Below are positions 55,173 through 64,000 of a stretch of 64,000 nucleotides of DNA, piece after piece. Source of the stretch: Micavibrio sp. (lineage in GTDB: Bacteria; Pseudomonadota; Alphaproteobacteria; Micavibrionales; Micavibrionaceae); NCBI GenBank assembly GCA_027075555.1, contig JALTAZ010000010.1, forward strand, positions 2,496 through 66,495, in the 5' to 3' direction. The position numbers and the translations under genes were made by a program. Below the pieces are notes generated by a model that did not search any database, had not been told where the DNA came from, and was given only the letters and a program-made list of their open reading frames with translations. Positions within the stretch are counted from its first letter, which is position 1. The number at the start of each line of letters is the position of its first letter.

Positions 55173-56331
55173 TGATAATAAATATAAAAAAGCAACTAAA
55201 TTTGTTCATGCAGGGCGTAATCCTGAAGATTATTTTGGTGTGGTAAATCCACCTATTTGTAGAACATCTACTATATTATACAAAGACTTGGACGCTTATC
55301 TTAATCCTTATACTAAATATCGTTACGGGCGTATAAATAACCCCTTATCACAAAATTTTGAAGAAGCCGTATCAGAACTTGAGGGCGGCTTTCATTCTAT
55401 ATCAACATCAAGTGGTTTATCAGCTATTACAACGGTATTACTGGCATTTCTTAAGGCAGGAGATCATATTTTGATTGTAGATAGCTGTTATCCTCCCACG
55501 CGGTTTTTTGCTAATTCACAGTTGAAATCTTATGGTATAGAGGTTGAATATTACGATCCGATGGTAGGGGCAGGAATTAAAGATTTAATTCGCGATAATA
55601 CGGCCCTTATATATCTAGAATCTCCGGGCTCTGCTACGCTAGAAGTTCAAGATGTTCCTGCAATTGCAAAAATTGCAAGGGAAAATAACATTTTAACAGT
55701 TATGGATAATACTTACTCAGCAGGGATATTATTCAATCCCCTAGATCATGGGGTTAATATATCCTTACAATCAGCGGCCAAATATCTTGGCGGTCATTCA
55801 GATATTAATCTTGGTTTTGCTGTTGCTGATACTAAGGAAAATTATGAAAAGCTTAAGGCTTGCGCTGTGAATTTAGGTGTTTGTGCAGGGGCAGAGGATT
55901 TATATCTTTCTTTGCGTGGACTTAGAACACTTCAGATGCGCCTTGATTATGCGGGTAAGAATATGCTCTTAGTGTTAAAATGGTTTAAAGAACGTAAAGA
56001 GGTGCAAGAACTATACTGTCCAGCCCTTGAAAATGCAAAGGGACACGATATATGGAAACGTGATTTTTCAGGGGTTAATGGTTTGATTGGCGTTTTATTT
56101 AATCCTAAATATAGTTTTAACGATATATCTAGATTTGTAGATTCACTCGAGCTTTTCCCTGTTGGCAGTAGTTGGGGAGGGTATGAAAGCCTTGTACAAC
56201 CTCAAGATATGAAGACTTATCGCTCTAATTGGCAAAAAGAGGGTGTGTTCATTCGTTTTCAGATTGGAAGTGAGGATCCACAAGACTTAATTTCTGATTT
56301 GGAGGGGGGAATTGTAAATTTAAAATTGTAG
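55165..56331 (+). CDS. metC: Cystathionine beta-lyase (Cys/Met-metabolism PLP enzyme)
   Basis: NPPICRTSTILY, VMDNTYSAG, and SAAKYLGGHSD (PLP-lysine region). 388 aa. Confidence 0.75.
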   Translation: MSNDNKYKKATKFVHAGRNPEDYFGVVNPPICRTSTILYKDLDAYLNPYTKYRYGRINNPLSQNFEEAVSELEGGFHSISTSSGLSAITTVLLAFLKAGDHILIVDSCYPPTRFFANSQLKSYGIEVEYYDPMVGAGIKDLIRDNTALIYLESPGSATLEVQDVPAIAKIARENNILTVMDNTYSAGILFNPLDHGVNISLQSAAKYLGGHSDINLGFAVADTKENYEKLKACAVNLGVCAGAEDLYLSLRGLRTLQMRLDYAGKNMLLVLKWFKERKEVQELYCPALENAKGHDIWKRDFSGVNGLIGVLFNPKYSFNDISRFVDSLELFPVGSSWGGYESLVQPQDMKTYRSNWQKEGVFIRFQIGSEDPQDLISDLEGGIVNLKL

Positions 56332-56351
56332 GACAAGTTTATCACTTATTT

Positions 56352-56666
56352 CTATGCCAATATTCCAACATTAACATCAAGGGCTTTTGCAATGGCTTTC
56401 ATGGCACGTAGTGATCCGTCTTTCTTGCCTGTTTCTATCTCTGTTAAATAGGGGCGAGATATACCAGAGGCTCTGGCTAGATCGCTTTGGGTCATGCCAC
56501 GATATTTACGAATTATCTTGATTGGGTGTTCTTGTCCTGCGGAAATTTGGTCTAATATATCATCAGATAGATGCGAATCTGCATTTGTATCAGCTAGCTC
56601 TCTATAATCATGCAAAGGAACAAGGACATAAGGTTTACCTTGAATATGTAATAGGTCGTATTTCAT
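56352..56666 (-). CDS. XRE-family HTH protein (antitoxin-like architecture)
   Basis: 104 aa. The C-terminal HTH is IRKYRGMTQSDLARASGISRPYLTEIETGKKDGSLRAMKAIAKAL. The short N-terminal segment is GKPYVLVPLHDYRELA. Confidence 0.65.
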   Translation of the reverse strand: MKYDLLHIQGKPYVLVPLHDYRELADTNADSHLSDDILDQISAGQEHPIKIIRKYRGMTQSDLARASGISRPYLTEIETGKKDGSLRAMKAIAKALDVNVGILA

Positions 56667-56834
56667 AAATGATTTTTCTTTCTATCAACAACTTGCAACA
56701 TTGTATCAAGAATAAGAGTTATGTACAGAGTACTTATAAATCTATTTGTCAGGGTTATTGACCAAAAAAATAAGGTGATAATAAAGAAAATTTTTAACCC
56801 ATGATGATTATGCTCTACCTTATAGAAATTATCT

Positions 56835-57512
56835 ATGCTAGAAAGTAACGCTATGAGCATTAAGAATTTTTATGAATATTGCCCTGATTTGGGTAAGGTG
56901 GAGCAGCTAGTTATTATGCTTCATGGTGTTGGTTCTAATGGGCAAGATTTAATATCTTTAGCGCCTTTATTATCGCAAAATCTACCAAAGGCCATGTTTA
57001 TATCACCTGATGCGCCTTTTCCTTGTGATATGGTTCCACCTGGCTACCCCAACGCATATCAGTGGTTTTCACTGCAAGATCGTAACCCTAAAGTGATGTT
57101 AAAGGGGGTAGAACAGGTTTTTCCAATCGTTGAAGAATTTATAGAAAGGCAACTTAGAAGTTATAATATAACCCCAGAAAAACTTGCATTGCTGGGTTTT
57201 TCTCAGGGTACTATGACATCTTTACATATTGCACCTAGGCTGAAAAGTAGGATTGCGGGCGTATTGGGATATTCAGGGGCTTTGCTTTGGGATTTTTCGC
57301 AAGATATTGAAAAATTTCAAAAAATGCCTATACATCTTATTCATGGTGAAGATGATGATGTTGTTCCCGTGCAAGCGCGCGCACAGGCTGAGGGAATTTT
57401 AAAAGAGCATGGCTATGAAGTTAGTGGTCATACAACAGCAGGGCTTGCACATTCAATTGATCAAAAAGGTATTGATAGTGGTGCAGAGTTTTTGATTAAT
57501 ATCTTGGGATGA
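56835..57512 (+). CDS. Alpha/beta hydrolase, phospholipase/carboxylesterase family
   Basis: LVIMLHGVGSNGQDL, the nucleophile elbow GFSQG, and HGEDDDVVP. The start is uncertain (56835 or 56853). Confidence 0.75.
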   Translation: MLESNAMSIKNFYEYCPDLGKVEQLVIMLHGVGSNGQDLISLAPLLSQNLPKAMFISPDAPFPCDMVPPGYPNAYQWFSLQDRNPKVMLKGVEQVFPIVEEFIERQLRSYNITPEKLALLGFSQGTMTSLHIAPRLKSRIAGVLGYSGALLWDFSQDIEKFQKMPIHLIHGEDDDVVPVQARAQAEGILKEHGYEVSGHTTAGLAHSIDQKGIDSGAEFLINILG

Positions 57513-57533
57513 ATTTGTAAATGCACGTTTATG

Positions 57534-57569
57534 TAGATTTTATATAGATTTTATATAGATTTTATATAG
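57534..57569. repeat. 3.3 x 11-bp tandem repeat (TAGATTTTATA)
   Basis: Counted directly: 57534-44, 57545-55 and 57556-66 are identical, followed by a partial TAG. Confidence 0.95.
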
Positions 57570-57633
57570 CAACTATTGTGCAGTGCGGGTGAAAGATTAT
57601 TGTCTCTTTATCCTTGGTTTAACCCATTGAATA

Positions 57634-57665
57634 GCCTTGGTAAATTTCACCCAAGCGTTTTTTTT
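57634..57665 (+). terminator. Candidate intrinsic terminator
   Basis: G(C)CTTGG - 10-nt loop - CCAAGC stem, followed by G and eight T (57658-57665), ~120 nt downstream of the hydrolase stop. Confidence 0.4.
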
Positions 57666-57870
57666 GTCGTATAAAAATTGTGGATTGCAGCAAAGAAATA
57701 TTATTTCAAAGAACAAAAATTAGCTCAAATATGATATAATTCACACAGGGAAGTGCGGGATTTAGCGGTGGTTGAGGCTATTTCTTCTCCGCCTGTTGGT
57801 TCGTGCTAATTAGGCTATTACTGGTGTTTTTTTTATCTTATGCTGGCATTAGTCGGAAAGGATCGTGCAA

Positions 57871-58440
57871 ATGAATACAGCCATACCGTTAGAGCGATGT
57901 AGTGCCTTGATATTAAATGCTGATTTCAGACCGCTTAGCTATTTTCCATTATCTGTCTGGTCTTGGCAAGATGCTGTTAGGGCAATTTTTAGAGGTAGCG
58001 TAAATATTGTATCTGAATATGATCGCACGGTGCGCTCTCCTGCTATGGAAATGAGATTACCATCCGTGCTTGCTTTAAAGGAATATGTGCAAACAGCGCG
58101 CGCGCCAGCTTTTACAAGGTTTAATCTATTCTTGCGGGATCGCTGGACTTGTCAATATTGTGCTAAAGGCTTTAAAACGCATGATCTTACCTTTGACCAT
58201 GTAGTGCCACGCTCTAGAGGGGGGCGTACAAATTGGGATAATATAGTTGCGGCATGTCAGCGCTGTAATACTAAAAAAGGTAATAAAATGCCTGAAGATA
58301 TAGGAATGTATCCGCTCATAAAGCCTAGAGAGCCAACAGTTTTTGAGCTTCAAAATAGTGGGCGCAAATTCCCTCCTAATTTTTTACATGAAAGCTGGAG
58401 TGACTTTTTATACTGGGATGCAGAGCTAATAGAAGAATAA
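57871..58440 (+). CDS. HNH endonuclease family protein
   Basis: CQYC...LTFDHVVPRSRGGRTNWDNIVAACQRCNTKKG is an HNH/zinc-finger core. The ATG at 57871 is preceded by GGAAAGGA; the track start at 57865 is GTG. Confidence 0.8.
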   Translation: MNTAIPLERCSALILNADFRPLSYFPLSVWSWQDAVRAIFRGSVNIVSEYDRTVRSPAMEMRLPSVLALKEYVQTARAPAFTRFNLFLRDRWTCQYCAKGFKTHDLTFDHVVPRSRGGRTNWDNIVAACQRCNTKKGNKMPEDIGMYPLIKPREPTVFELQNSGRKFPPNFLHESWSDFLYWDAELIEE

Positions 58441-58464
58441 TAAATATAAATAAAACAAAAGGTT

Positions 58465-59022
58465 TTATGGCTTTTTAAAAGGCACAGATATAGTTTTAGT
58501 TTTAAGCAGGTAGGCGCCAATTATAGAAAACACAAATAAATCAAAAGATAATAAGACATTATAATTCGCCATCGATAGACCAAGCAAAGGGTCTTGCCAT
58601 TGAATGTCGCTGCATGATGACATTGGCGCGCTCATGAGGTTTTCAAGAATGCTTTGTTCTGATGTGTCATCAAAAAAATGCGGAACTTTGCACCCCTCAA
58701 GCACCGAAGTCCACCATTTTTGTTCTACTCCTGTATGATAGAAGGCAATTCCGCTATTGATCAGAAAGTTAATTCCTATCACCCCCAGTAATATACGAGC
58801 GATTTTTTCTTTATTGCGTAAGATTAATCCAGCTATACCAAGAATTATTCCAAATAGAAATGGGTAGCGTTGATATATGCATAAATTACAAGGTTCTAGC
58901 CCAAAAAACGCTTCTGATGATAAAGCCATTGCAAGAGCTGTGAATGATATAAACACAATGACCCCAAAAGTAAAAACAGGGTTGGATAAAAGCATTTTGA
59001 TTAAATCTATATTTATTTTCAT
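58465..59022 (-). CDS. dsbB: Disulfide bond formation protein B family
   Basis: GLEPCNLCIYQRYPF (CxxC followed by QR), 4 TM segments, and a second Cys pair in the large loop. Confidence 0.75.
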   Translation of the reverse strand: MKINIDLIKMLLSNPVFTFGVIVFISFTALAMALSSEAFFGLEPCNLCIYQRYPFLFGIILGIAGLILRNKEKIARILLGVIGINFLINSGIAFYHTGVEQKWWTSVLEGCKVPHFFDDTSEQSILENLMSAPMSSCSDIQWQDPLLGLSMANYNVLLSFDLFVFSIIGAYLLKTKTISVPFKKP

Positions 59023-59035
59023 GGTATTTATTCCT

Positions 59036-59650
59036 TTAAAAATACCCTTTGATTAGATCTTTAACGATATCAATGCCCTCAGTGCCTAAGAATAATATAA
59101 TAGCTGTAATCGCGCAAACCCAAATAATACCGATGGCAGCACCTACCAATATTGCTAATCCATCTCTTGTTATTATGCCAATTGACATAATTGCTATACC
59201 AAGGCTAGGAACTGTGTTGGTAAGGGGCAGGGGTATTGAAACGGATAATGCCATGATAAAGCCAAATACTCCGATAAGACGCGAGAAAATATCATGTGTA
59301 ATAAATAATAGCCTAGGCTTAACTAGCGTTTCTACTCTTTGTGTCCATGGTAAAGCCTTGTCAATCATGGCAATAACGCTCTTGCGCTTTAGGCTCTTAT
59401 TTTTGAATTTTTCAGGAAACCAAATAGTATGACGCCCGATTGCTTGCTGTGCAGTTAAAAACATTAGGGGAATGGCTAAAACTGTGCCAATTCCAACAGC
59501 AGGTAAGGGAAGGGCAGCGGGCAGAGCAAATATAAATAAAAAAAATCCAAACCCGCGCTCATGAAAGGCCTCTAGTAAGTCGTTAATGCTAATATTATCG
59601 CCTTCACACTCTGTTTCTATGCTTTTAAGTATGTCTGATAAGTTTCTCAT
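59036..59650 (-). CDS. exoD: ExoD-family membrane protein
   Basis: LLEAFHERGFGFFLFIFALPAALPLPAVGIGTVLAIPLMFLTAQ matches the ExoD family pattern. 204 aa. Confidence 0.65.
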   Translation of the reverse strand: MRNLSDILKSIETECEGDNISINDLLEAFHERGFGFFLFIFALPAALPLPAVGIGTVLAIPLMFLTAQQAIGRHTIWFPEKFKNKSLKRKSVIAMIDKALPWTQRVETLVKPRLLFITHDIFSRLIGVFGFIMALSVSIPLPLTNTVPSLGIAIMSIGIITRDGLAILVGAAIGIIWVCAITAIILFLGTEGIDIVKDLIKGYF

Positions 59651-59787
59651 TTATGATGAAATATCAAACTTTGCTAATCTTTACGAGTGTAAAAAACAAA
59701 AAATACTAAAGATTTAAAATTTTTTTCTACTAAATTCTTGCGGATTTTGTAAAGATGGCTATTATCGCTCCAATAATTATGTTGCAG

Positions 59788-59872
59788 GCCCCTGTGGCGG
59801 AATTGGTAGACGCGCCGGATTCAAAATCCGGTTCTTTCGGGAGTGTCAGTTCGAGTCTGACCGGGGGCACCA
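59788..59872 (+). tRNA. tRNA-Leu (anticodon CAA)
   Basis: Hand-folded cloverleaf. Acceptor GCCCCTG/CGGGGGC (one G-U pair), D arm GCG...CGC, anticodon stem CCGGA/TCCGG with loop TTCAAAA, a long variable arm, T arm GTCAG-TTCGAGT-CTGAC, discriminator A, and an encoded CCA. Confidence 0.9.
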
Positions 59873-59901
59873 CGGTATTTTTATCTTAGGTTATAATTCT
59901 T

Positions 59902-60981
59902 TTATGTTATCGACTCACACCAAGCATCATAGCCACCGCACATATTAGTTATGTTTGTGTAGCCACTAGATTTTAATATCTGGGCGGCTTGTTTTCCGCG
60001 CATGCCTTTTTTGCAATATAAAATGATTTCTTGATCTTTAGGCAAATTTGGCATTTTGCCTTCCGATAAGTCTGATAGAGCGAAATGTATGGCATTTTCA
60101 ATATGCCCGCTATCCCATTCGTCTTTTTCTCGAACATCTATAATGGTTGCATTTGTGTTAGATTTAACATCTTCAGGGCTACATTCGGGTATAATTCCAC
60201 AATTTTGTGATGAGTGTGTCAATTTAATCTCCTCCTTTTTTTCTTTTGAACAAGTTGGGCAATTTGGATTTTTTGGTATGGTAAGGGTTTTACAATTCAT
60301 ATTATGAATATCGATAATCCATAATTTAGCAGATAATATTTCTAAAATATCATTGTTAATTATAATTTTTATAGCTTCCATAGCTTGGGTGGTTCCGATT
60401 ATTCCTGCTACTGCCCCTATCACTCCGGCTTCTGCACAGTTGGGAATATACCCTTTTGGTGGCGTAGGGAACAAACAACGATAGCAAGCGCAGCCATTAT
60501 GATTAAATATGCTAACTTGTCCATCAAAACCAAGTATTGAACCATATATGAATGGTTTGCCCATTTTAACAGCGGCATCATTTATTAAGAATTTAGCAGA
60601 AAAATTATCTGTGCCATCAATTATAAGATCATATTCATTGAAAAGTTTTTCTACATTTTTATCATTCAATTCAAAATCATATGCAATGATTTTAATATCA
60701 GGGTTAAGGGAGTTTAGCCGTGTTTTTGCGGCTAGAGCTTTATTCTTACCAATATCATCAATTGTAAAAAGCACTTGTCTTTGCAGGTTACTTTCATCAA
60801 CATTATCAAAATCAACTATGCCAATATGGCCAATTCCAGCAGCGCTTAAATATAAAAGAGCAGGGCAGCCAAGCCCTCCTGCACCAATACATAGCACTTT
60901 GGATTTATGTAGCTTTTCCTGACCTTTTGTGCCAATCTCAGGCAATATCATTTGTCGGTTATAGCGTTTTTTATAGCTCAT
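59902..60981 (-). CDS. moeB: MoeB/ThiF-family adenylyltransferase fused to a C-terminal rhodanese domain
   Basis: RYNRQMILPEIGTKGQEKL, GAGGLGCP, CxxC pairs (CYRC, CPTC). The C-terminal rhodanese is IIDVRE...YCKKGMRG. Confidence 0.8.
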   Translation of the reverse strand: MSYKKRYNRQMILPEIGTKGQEKLHKSKVLCIGAGGLGCPALLYLSAAGIGHIGIVDFDNVDESNLQRQVLFTIDDIGKNKALAAKTRLNSLNPDIKIIAYDFELNDKNVEKLFNEYDLIIDGTDNFSAKFLINDAAVKMGKPFIYGSILGFDGQVSIFNHNGCACYRCLFPTPPKGYIPNCAEAGVIGAVAGIIGTTQAMEAIKIIINNDILEILSAKLWIIDIHNMNCKTLTIPKNPNCPTCSKEKKEEIKLTHSSQNCGIIPECSPEDVKSNTNATIIDVREKDEWDSGHIENAIHFALSDLSEGKMPNLPKDQEIILYCKKGMRGKQAAQILKSSGYTNITNMCGGYDAWCESIT

Positions 60982-61171
60982 AATTTTATATTCTATGGTT
61001 GGGGTCAGTATCTTTTACTTTATAATACGCTAAATAATACGCTAGAGTAACAGGATTTTTCTTAGCAGTTGTTTTAGAATACCGGTTTGCATGTTATTGT
61101 CGCATTTTAATTGTAATTACCATTACCATCATTAAATAGATAATAAAAAATAGATAAGAAAATTTTTCAAC

Positions 61172-62449
61172 ATGGATTATAAAAGATTTAATAAAAACCT
61201 CTGGATTAAGATTTTAATAGGTATGTTTATAGGTATTATCGTGGGGATAATACTATCTCCTCATGGTTATGCTTTGTTATCTGATGATTTGGTACGTGAT
61301 GTATCTCCTTGGATTAAATTGCCAGGTATATTGTTTCTTGGTCTTATACAAATGGTGGTAATTCCACTTATATTATGCTCAATAATTATTGGCATTACAC
61401 AAAGTGGAGAATTAGCATTTTTACAAAAAATGGGTGTTCGTATAGTGTTTTACTTTATTAGTACGACTGTAATTTCAATATCTATAGGTATTGCTTGTGT
61501 TTATTTTATTGATCCAGCTAGCTATATAGACCCTGATCTTATAAAAGGGTTTAGAGATGAGATGAACTATGCCCCTGTTGCACCTAAAACATTTGAGGGG
61601 CTTACAATTCCAGATCGTATCGCTAATTTAATTCCTACTAATATGAGTAAGGCCATATTGGATAAGAATTTATTACAAATTGTAATTGCAGCTACTGTTA
61701 TTGGCGTAGCTTTAGTAAGCCTGTCAGAAGATGTTGCTAAACCTATAAAAGATCTAGCACAATCAGGTCAGGCCATTTCTATGACGGTTGTTGGCTGGGC
61801 AATGATGATTGCTCCAGTTGCCGTATTTGGCTTGATTTGCGATATGACAATTAAGCTTGGCTTTGCTGCTCTTGCTGGTATGGGCATGTATATGCTTAGC
61901 GTTTTATTTGGCCTAATTAGTATGGTTGGAGTGTATTTGTTTATTGTAAAATTTATCGCTGGGCGCAATCCTATCGAATTTTTAAAGGCCGTAAGAGAAG
62001 TTAAGTTATTGGCTTTTTCTACTTCTTCATCAGCGGCTACTATGCCTTTTACTATGGCTTGCTCTGAGCAGAAATTAGGAGTTCCTGCAAAGATAAGCCG
62101 TTTTGTTATTCCGCTTGGCGCAACCATAAATATGGATGGTACTGCTCTTTATCAGGCTGTGGCAACTATTTTCCTAGTTCAGGTATTTGGTGATATTTCA
62201 GGAATAGAGCTTACTAACGCTGATATAGCATTGATACTAGTTACAACCGTTGGTGCCTCTATTGGTACACCAGCGACCCCAGGGGTAGGGATTGTGGTTT
62301 TAGCCACCATTTTAACCAGTGTGGGGCTTGCGCCTGCTGCGGTTGGGTTTATTCTAGGTGTCGATAGAATTTTAGACATGTTTCGTACTGCAGTTAATGT
62401 AACGGGTGACTTAACAGCAAGCGTAGTAATGGATAGATGGCTTCGGTAA
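61172..62449 (+). CDS. Dicarboxylate/amino acid:cation symporter (DAACS family)
   Basis: SSSAATMPFT, IPLGATINMDGTALYQ and DRILDMFRTAVNVTGD motifs of the GltP/DctA family. Confidence 0.85.
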   Translation: MDYKRFNKNLWIKILIGMFIGIIVGIILSPHGYALLSDDLVRDVSPWIKLPGILFLGLIQMVVIPLILCSIIIGITQSGELAFLQKMGVRIVFYFISTTVISISIGIACVYFIDPASYIDPDLIKGFRDEMNYAPVAPKTFEGLTIPDRIANLIPTNMSKAILDKNLLQIVIAATVIGVALVSLSEDVAKPIKDLAQSGQAISMTVVGWAMMIAPVAVFGLICDMTIKLGFAALAGMGMYMLSVLFGLISMVGVYLFIVKFIAGRNPIEFLKAVREVKLLAFSTSSSAATMPFTMACSEQKLGVPAKISRFVIPLGATINMDGTALYQAVATIFLVQVFGDISGIELTNADIALILVTTVGASIGTPATPGVGIVVLATILTSVGLAPAAVGFILGVDRILDMFRTAVNVTGDLTASVVMDRWLR

Positions 62450-62520
62450 AAATAATATAATTTATTTTAGATGCTTGTTTTTATTTTTCTATCAAGCCAT
62501 AGTGCTTTTATTTTTATAAC

Positions 62521-63243
62521 ATGGGGTACGATATGGTAGATAAAGACCAGAAGAATGGTAATGTTGATGATATCACTTATTCCGTAGGGGTTTTACCAAG
62601 GTTACGCCGTTATTTACTTACTGGAATTTTGGTAACTGCTCCGATAACCATAACGGTATATCTTACTTATATATTTTTAACATATGTGGATAGTAAAGTT
62701 GGCAAGGTTCTTCCAGATGATTGGTATGAGGCCTTATACGGTCATACAACTATTCCAGGTCTTGGACTTATAATTGCCATAGCCTTTTTTATAATTATTG
62801 GGTGGTTTGCCACTAATTTTCTTGGTCGCATGTTTATCAAATTATCTGAGTATATTGTTGATAAAATGCCAGTAGTTCGTAGCTTATACGGAGCAATCAA
62901 GCAGATATTTGAAACTATCATGGCTAGTCAGTCTAGTGCATTTAGAGAGGTTGTTATGCTTGAATATCCGCGTAAAGGTATTTGGTCCATAGGCTTTGTA
63001 ACAGGAACATCAGAAGGTGAAGTTCAATATCATACAGATCAGGAAACTGTAAATGTTTTTGTGCCGACAACTCCTAATCCTACATCAGGTTATTTACTTT
63101 TTGTTCCTAAATCAGAGCTTAAATATCTGAAAATGAGTGTTGAGGAAGGTGTTAAACTTGTTGTTTCTGCTGGAATTATTACCCCATCAACAGAATTAGA
63201 AAAAATAGAGGGTAAAAAAACTAAAAATAAAAAAGAGGCGTAA
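62521..63243 (+). CDS. DUF502-family membrane protein
   Basis: LRRYLLTGILVTAPITITVYL..., IPGLGLIIA..., PVVRSLYGAIKQI, VFVPTTPNPTSGYLLFVP. This is the pattern recalled for DUF502. Confidence 0.65.
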   Translation: MGYDMVDKDQKNGNVDDITYSVGVLPRLRRYLLTGILVTAPITITVYLTYIFLTYVDSKVGKVLPDDWYEALYGHTTIPGLGLIIAIAFFIIIGWFATNFLGRMFIKLSEYIVDKMPVVRSLYGAIKQIFETIMASQSSAFREVVMLEYPRKGIWSIGFVTGTSEGEVQYHTDQETVNVFVPTTPNPTSGYLLFVPKSELKYLKMSVEEGVKLVVSAGIITPSTELEKIEGKKTKNKKEA

Positions 63244-63248
63244 GGAAA

Positions 63249-63917
63249 ATGTTTGATCTTATTAACTCTATACGTGAGCGTGACCCTGCTAAACCCAGTT
63301 TTTTAGAGGTGGTCTTTGCCTATAATGGTTTTCATGCAGTGCTTTGGCATCGTCTTAATAATTTTATTTGGCACTTGAAGTTAAGAGCTCTTGCCCGAAC
63401 TTTGGCAAATTTTTCACGTATTCTTACAGGAATTGAAATTCACCCTGAGGCAAAAATAGGGAAGAACTTTTTTATAGATCATGGAACAGGTGTGGTTATA
63501 GGTCAAACAGCGGTAATAGGCGATAATGTTACTATTTATCATGGCGTAACACTAGGTGGAGTAGGGCGTGTAGGTAAGGTTGATGGCAAACGCCACCCAA
63601 CATTAGAGGATTGGGCGATTATCGGCGCGGGATCACAGGTTCTTGGAGATATTACAATAGGTGAGCATGCAAAAGTTGGTGCAAATTCAGTTGTTACATC
63701 TGATATTCCTGCTGGTGCTACGGCCATCGGTATTCCTGCGCGAGTAATTGGCGGCGATGATAGAGCTAGAGCCTACGGTATGCCATCAATTAAAGAAATG
63801 GAAGAGGTAACATTTACAATTGATTGTATTATAAATGAAATGGGGAAAATCAAGAAAGAACTAAAACTGGACGATGCGGATTGTAAAAAATTAAAAGAAA
63901 AGCAAAAAATCAATTAA
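63249..63917 (+). CDS. cysE: Serine O-acetyltransferase
   Basis: RERDPA, GFHAVLWHRL, GIEIHPEAKIG, FIDHGTGVVIGQTAVIGDNVTIYHGVTLGG hexapeptide repeats. Confidence 0.85.
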   Translation: MFDLINSIRERDPAKPSFLEVVFAYNGFHAVLWHRLNNFIWHLKLRALARTLANFSRILTGIEIHPEAKIGKNFFIDHGTGVVIGQTAVIGDNVTIYHGVTLGGVGRVGKVDGKRHPTLEDWAIIGAGSQVLGDITIGEHAKVGANSVVTSDIPAGATAIGIPARVIGGDDRARAYGMPSIKEMEEVTFTIDCIINEMGKIKKELKLDDADCKKLKEKQKIN

Positions 63918-64000
63918 GGAGCTTTTCTAACCACTCCTAAAATATTTAATTGCTTGATCGCGCTCAAATAAATATAGAAGCGTTTTAAGTGCACTTCCAC

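Noticed and set aside
59788-59872. tRNA-Leu as an integration hotspot with an adjacent island.
   Set aside because: There is no duplicated tRNA 3' fragment, integrase or phage-like genes on either side. The neighbours (exoD, dsbB, moeB-rhodanese) look like housekeeping genes.
63918-64000. Possible 3' end of a minus-strand gene at the right edge (a frame reading ...LNILGVVRKAP*).
   Set aside because: Only about 28 codons are visible, with no recognisable motif and an unknown frame beyond the window. This is too little evidence to call.

Overview
This window looks like an ordinary chromosomal segment of an AT-rich alphaproteobacterium (composition judged by eye, not computed). The lineage call rests on hallmark genes: ctrA, flbD, DUF1013/TrcR-like and DUF1192. 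About 60 protein genes are densely packed, plus one tRNA-Leu(CAA). I saw no rRNA, CRISPR array, IS element, transposase or integrase.

Main blocks:
- (i) 1-15.9 kb, housekeeping and transport: an argC-like fragment, an M20 amidohydrolase, a fragmented yejA/yejB/yejE peptide ABC system interleaved with kdsB, a histidine phosphatase, a TPR protein and an MFS transporter, then a degenerate EAL protein, pyrD and pgsA.
- (ii) 16-35 kb, a flagellar supercluster: ctrA divergent from fliI-fliJ, a FliK-like gene, flhG, flhF, flhA, flbD, motA/pomA-like, fliN, fliH, fliG, fliF and a FlaG-like gene. Several unassigned genes interrupt it.
- (iii) 38.4-48.7 kb, a metal-efflux block: a Cu-type P1B ATPase, an atypical CDF, a small Cys/His protein and a TolC-MFP-RND (CzcCBA/Cus-like) set.
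- (iv) 48.7-64 kb, housekeeping: gloB, methyltransferases, comF, grxC, a nitrilase-family gene, metC, an HNH endonuclease, dsbB, exoD, moeB-rhodanese, a DAACS transporter, DUF502 and cysE.

Most noteworthy items:
- Three tandem paralogs of a secreted two-cysteine protein, on the opposite strand, wedged between flhF and flhA.
- A 912-aa methyltransferase fusion with a strongly basic, NLS-like tail.
- A phased TTAAC (CtrA half-site) array in the ctrA/fliI divergent promoter region.
- A CDF transporter in which both transport-site aspartates are substituted, overlapping the Cu-ATPase gene.

All functional calls come from motif recognition by eye on the supplied translations. No database search was run.
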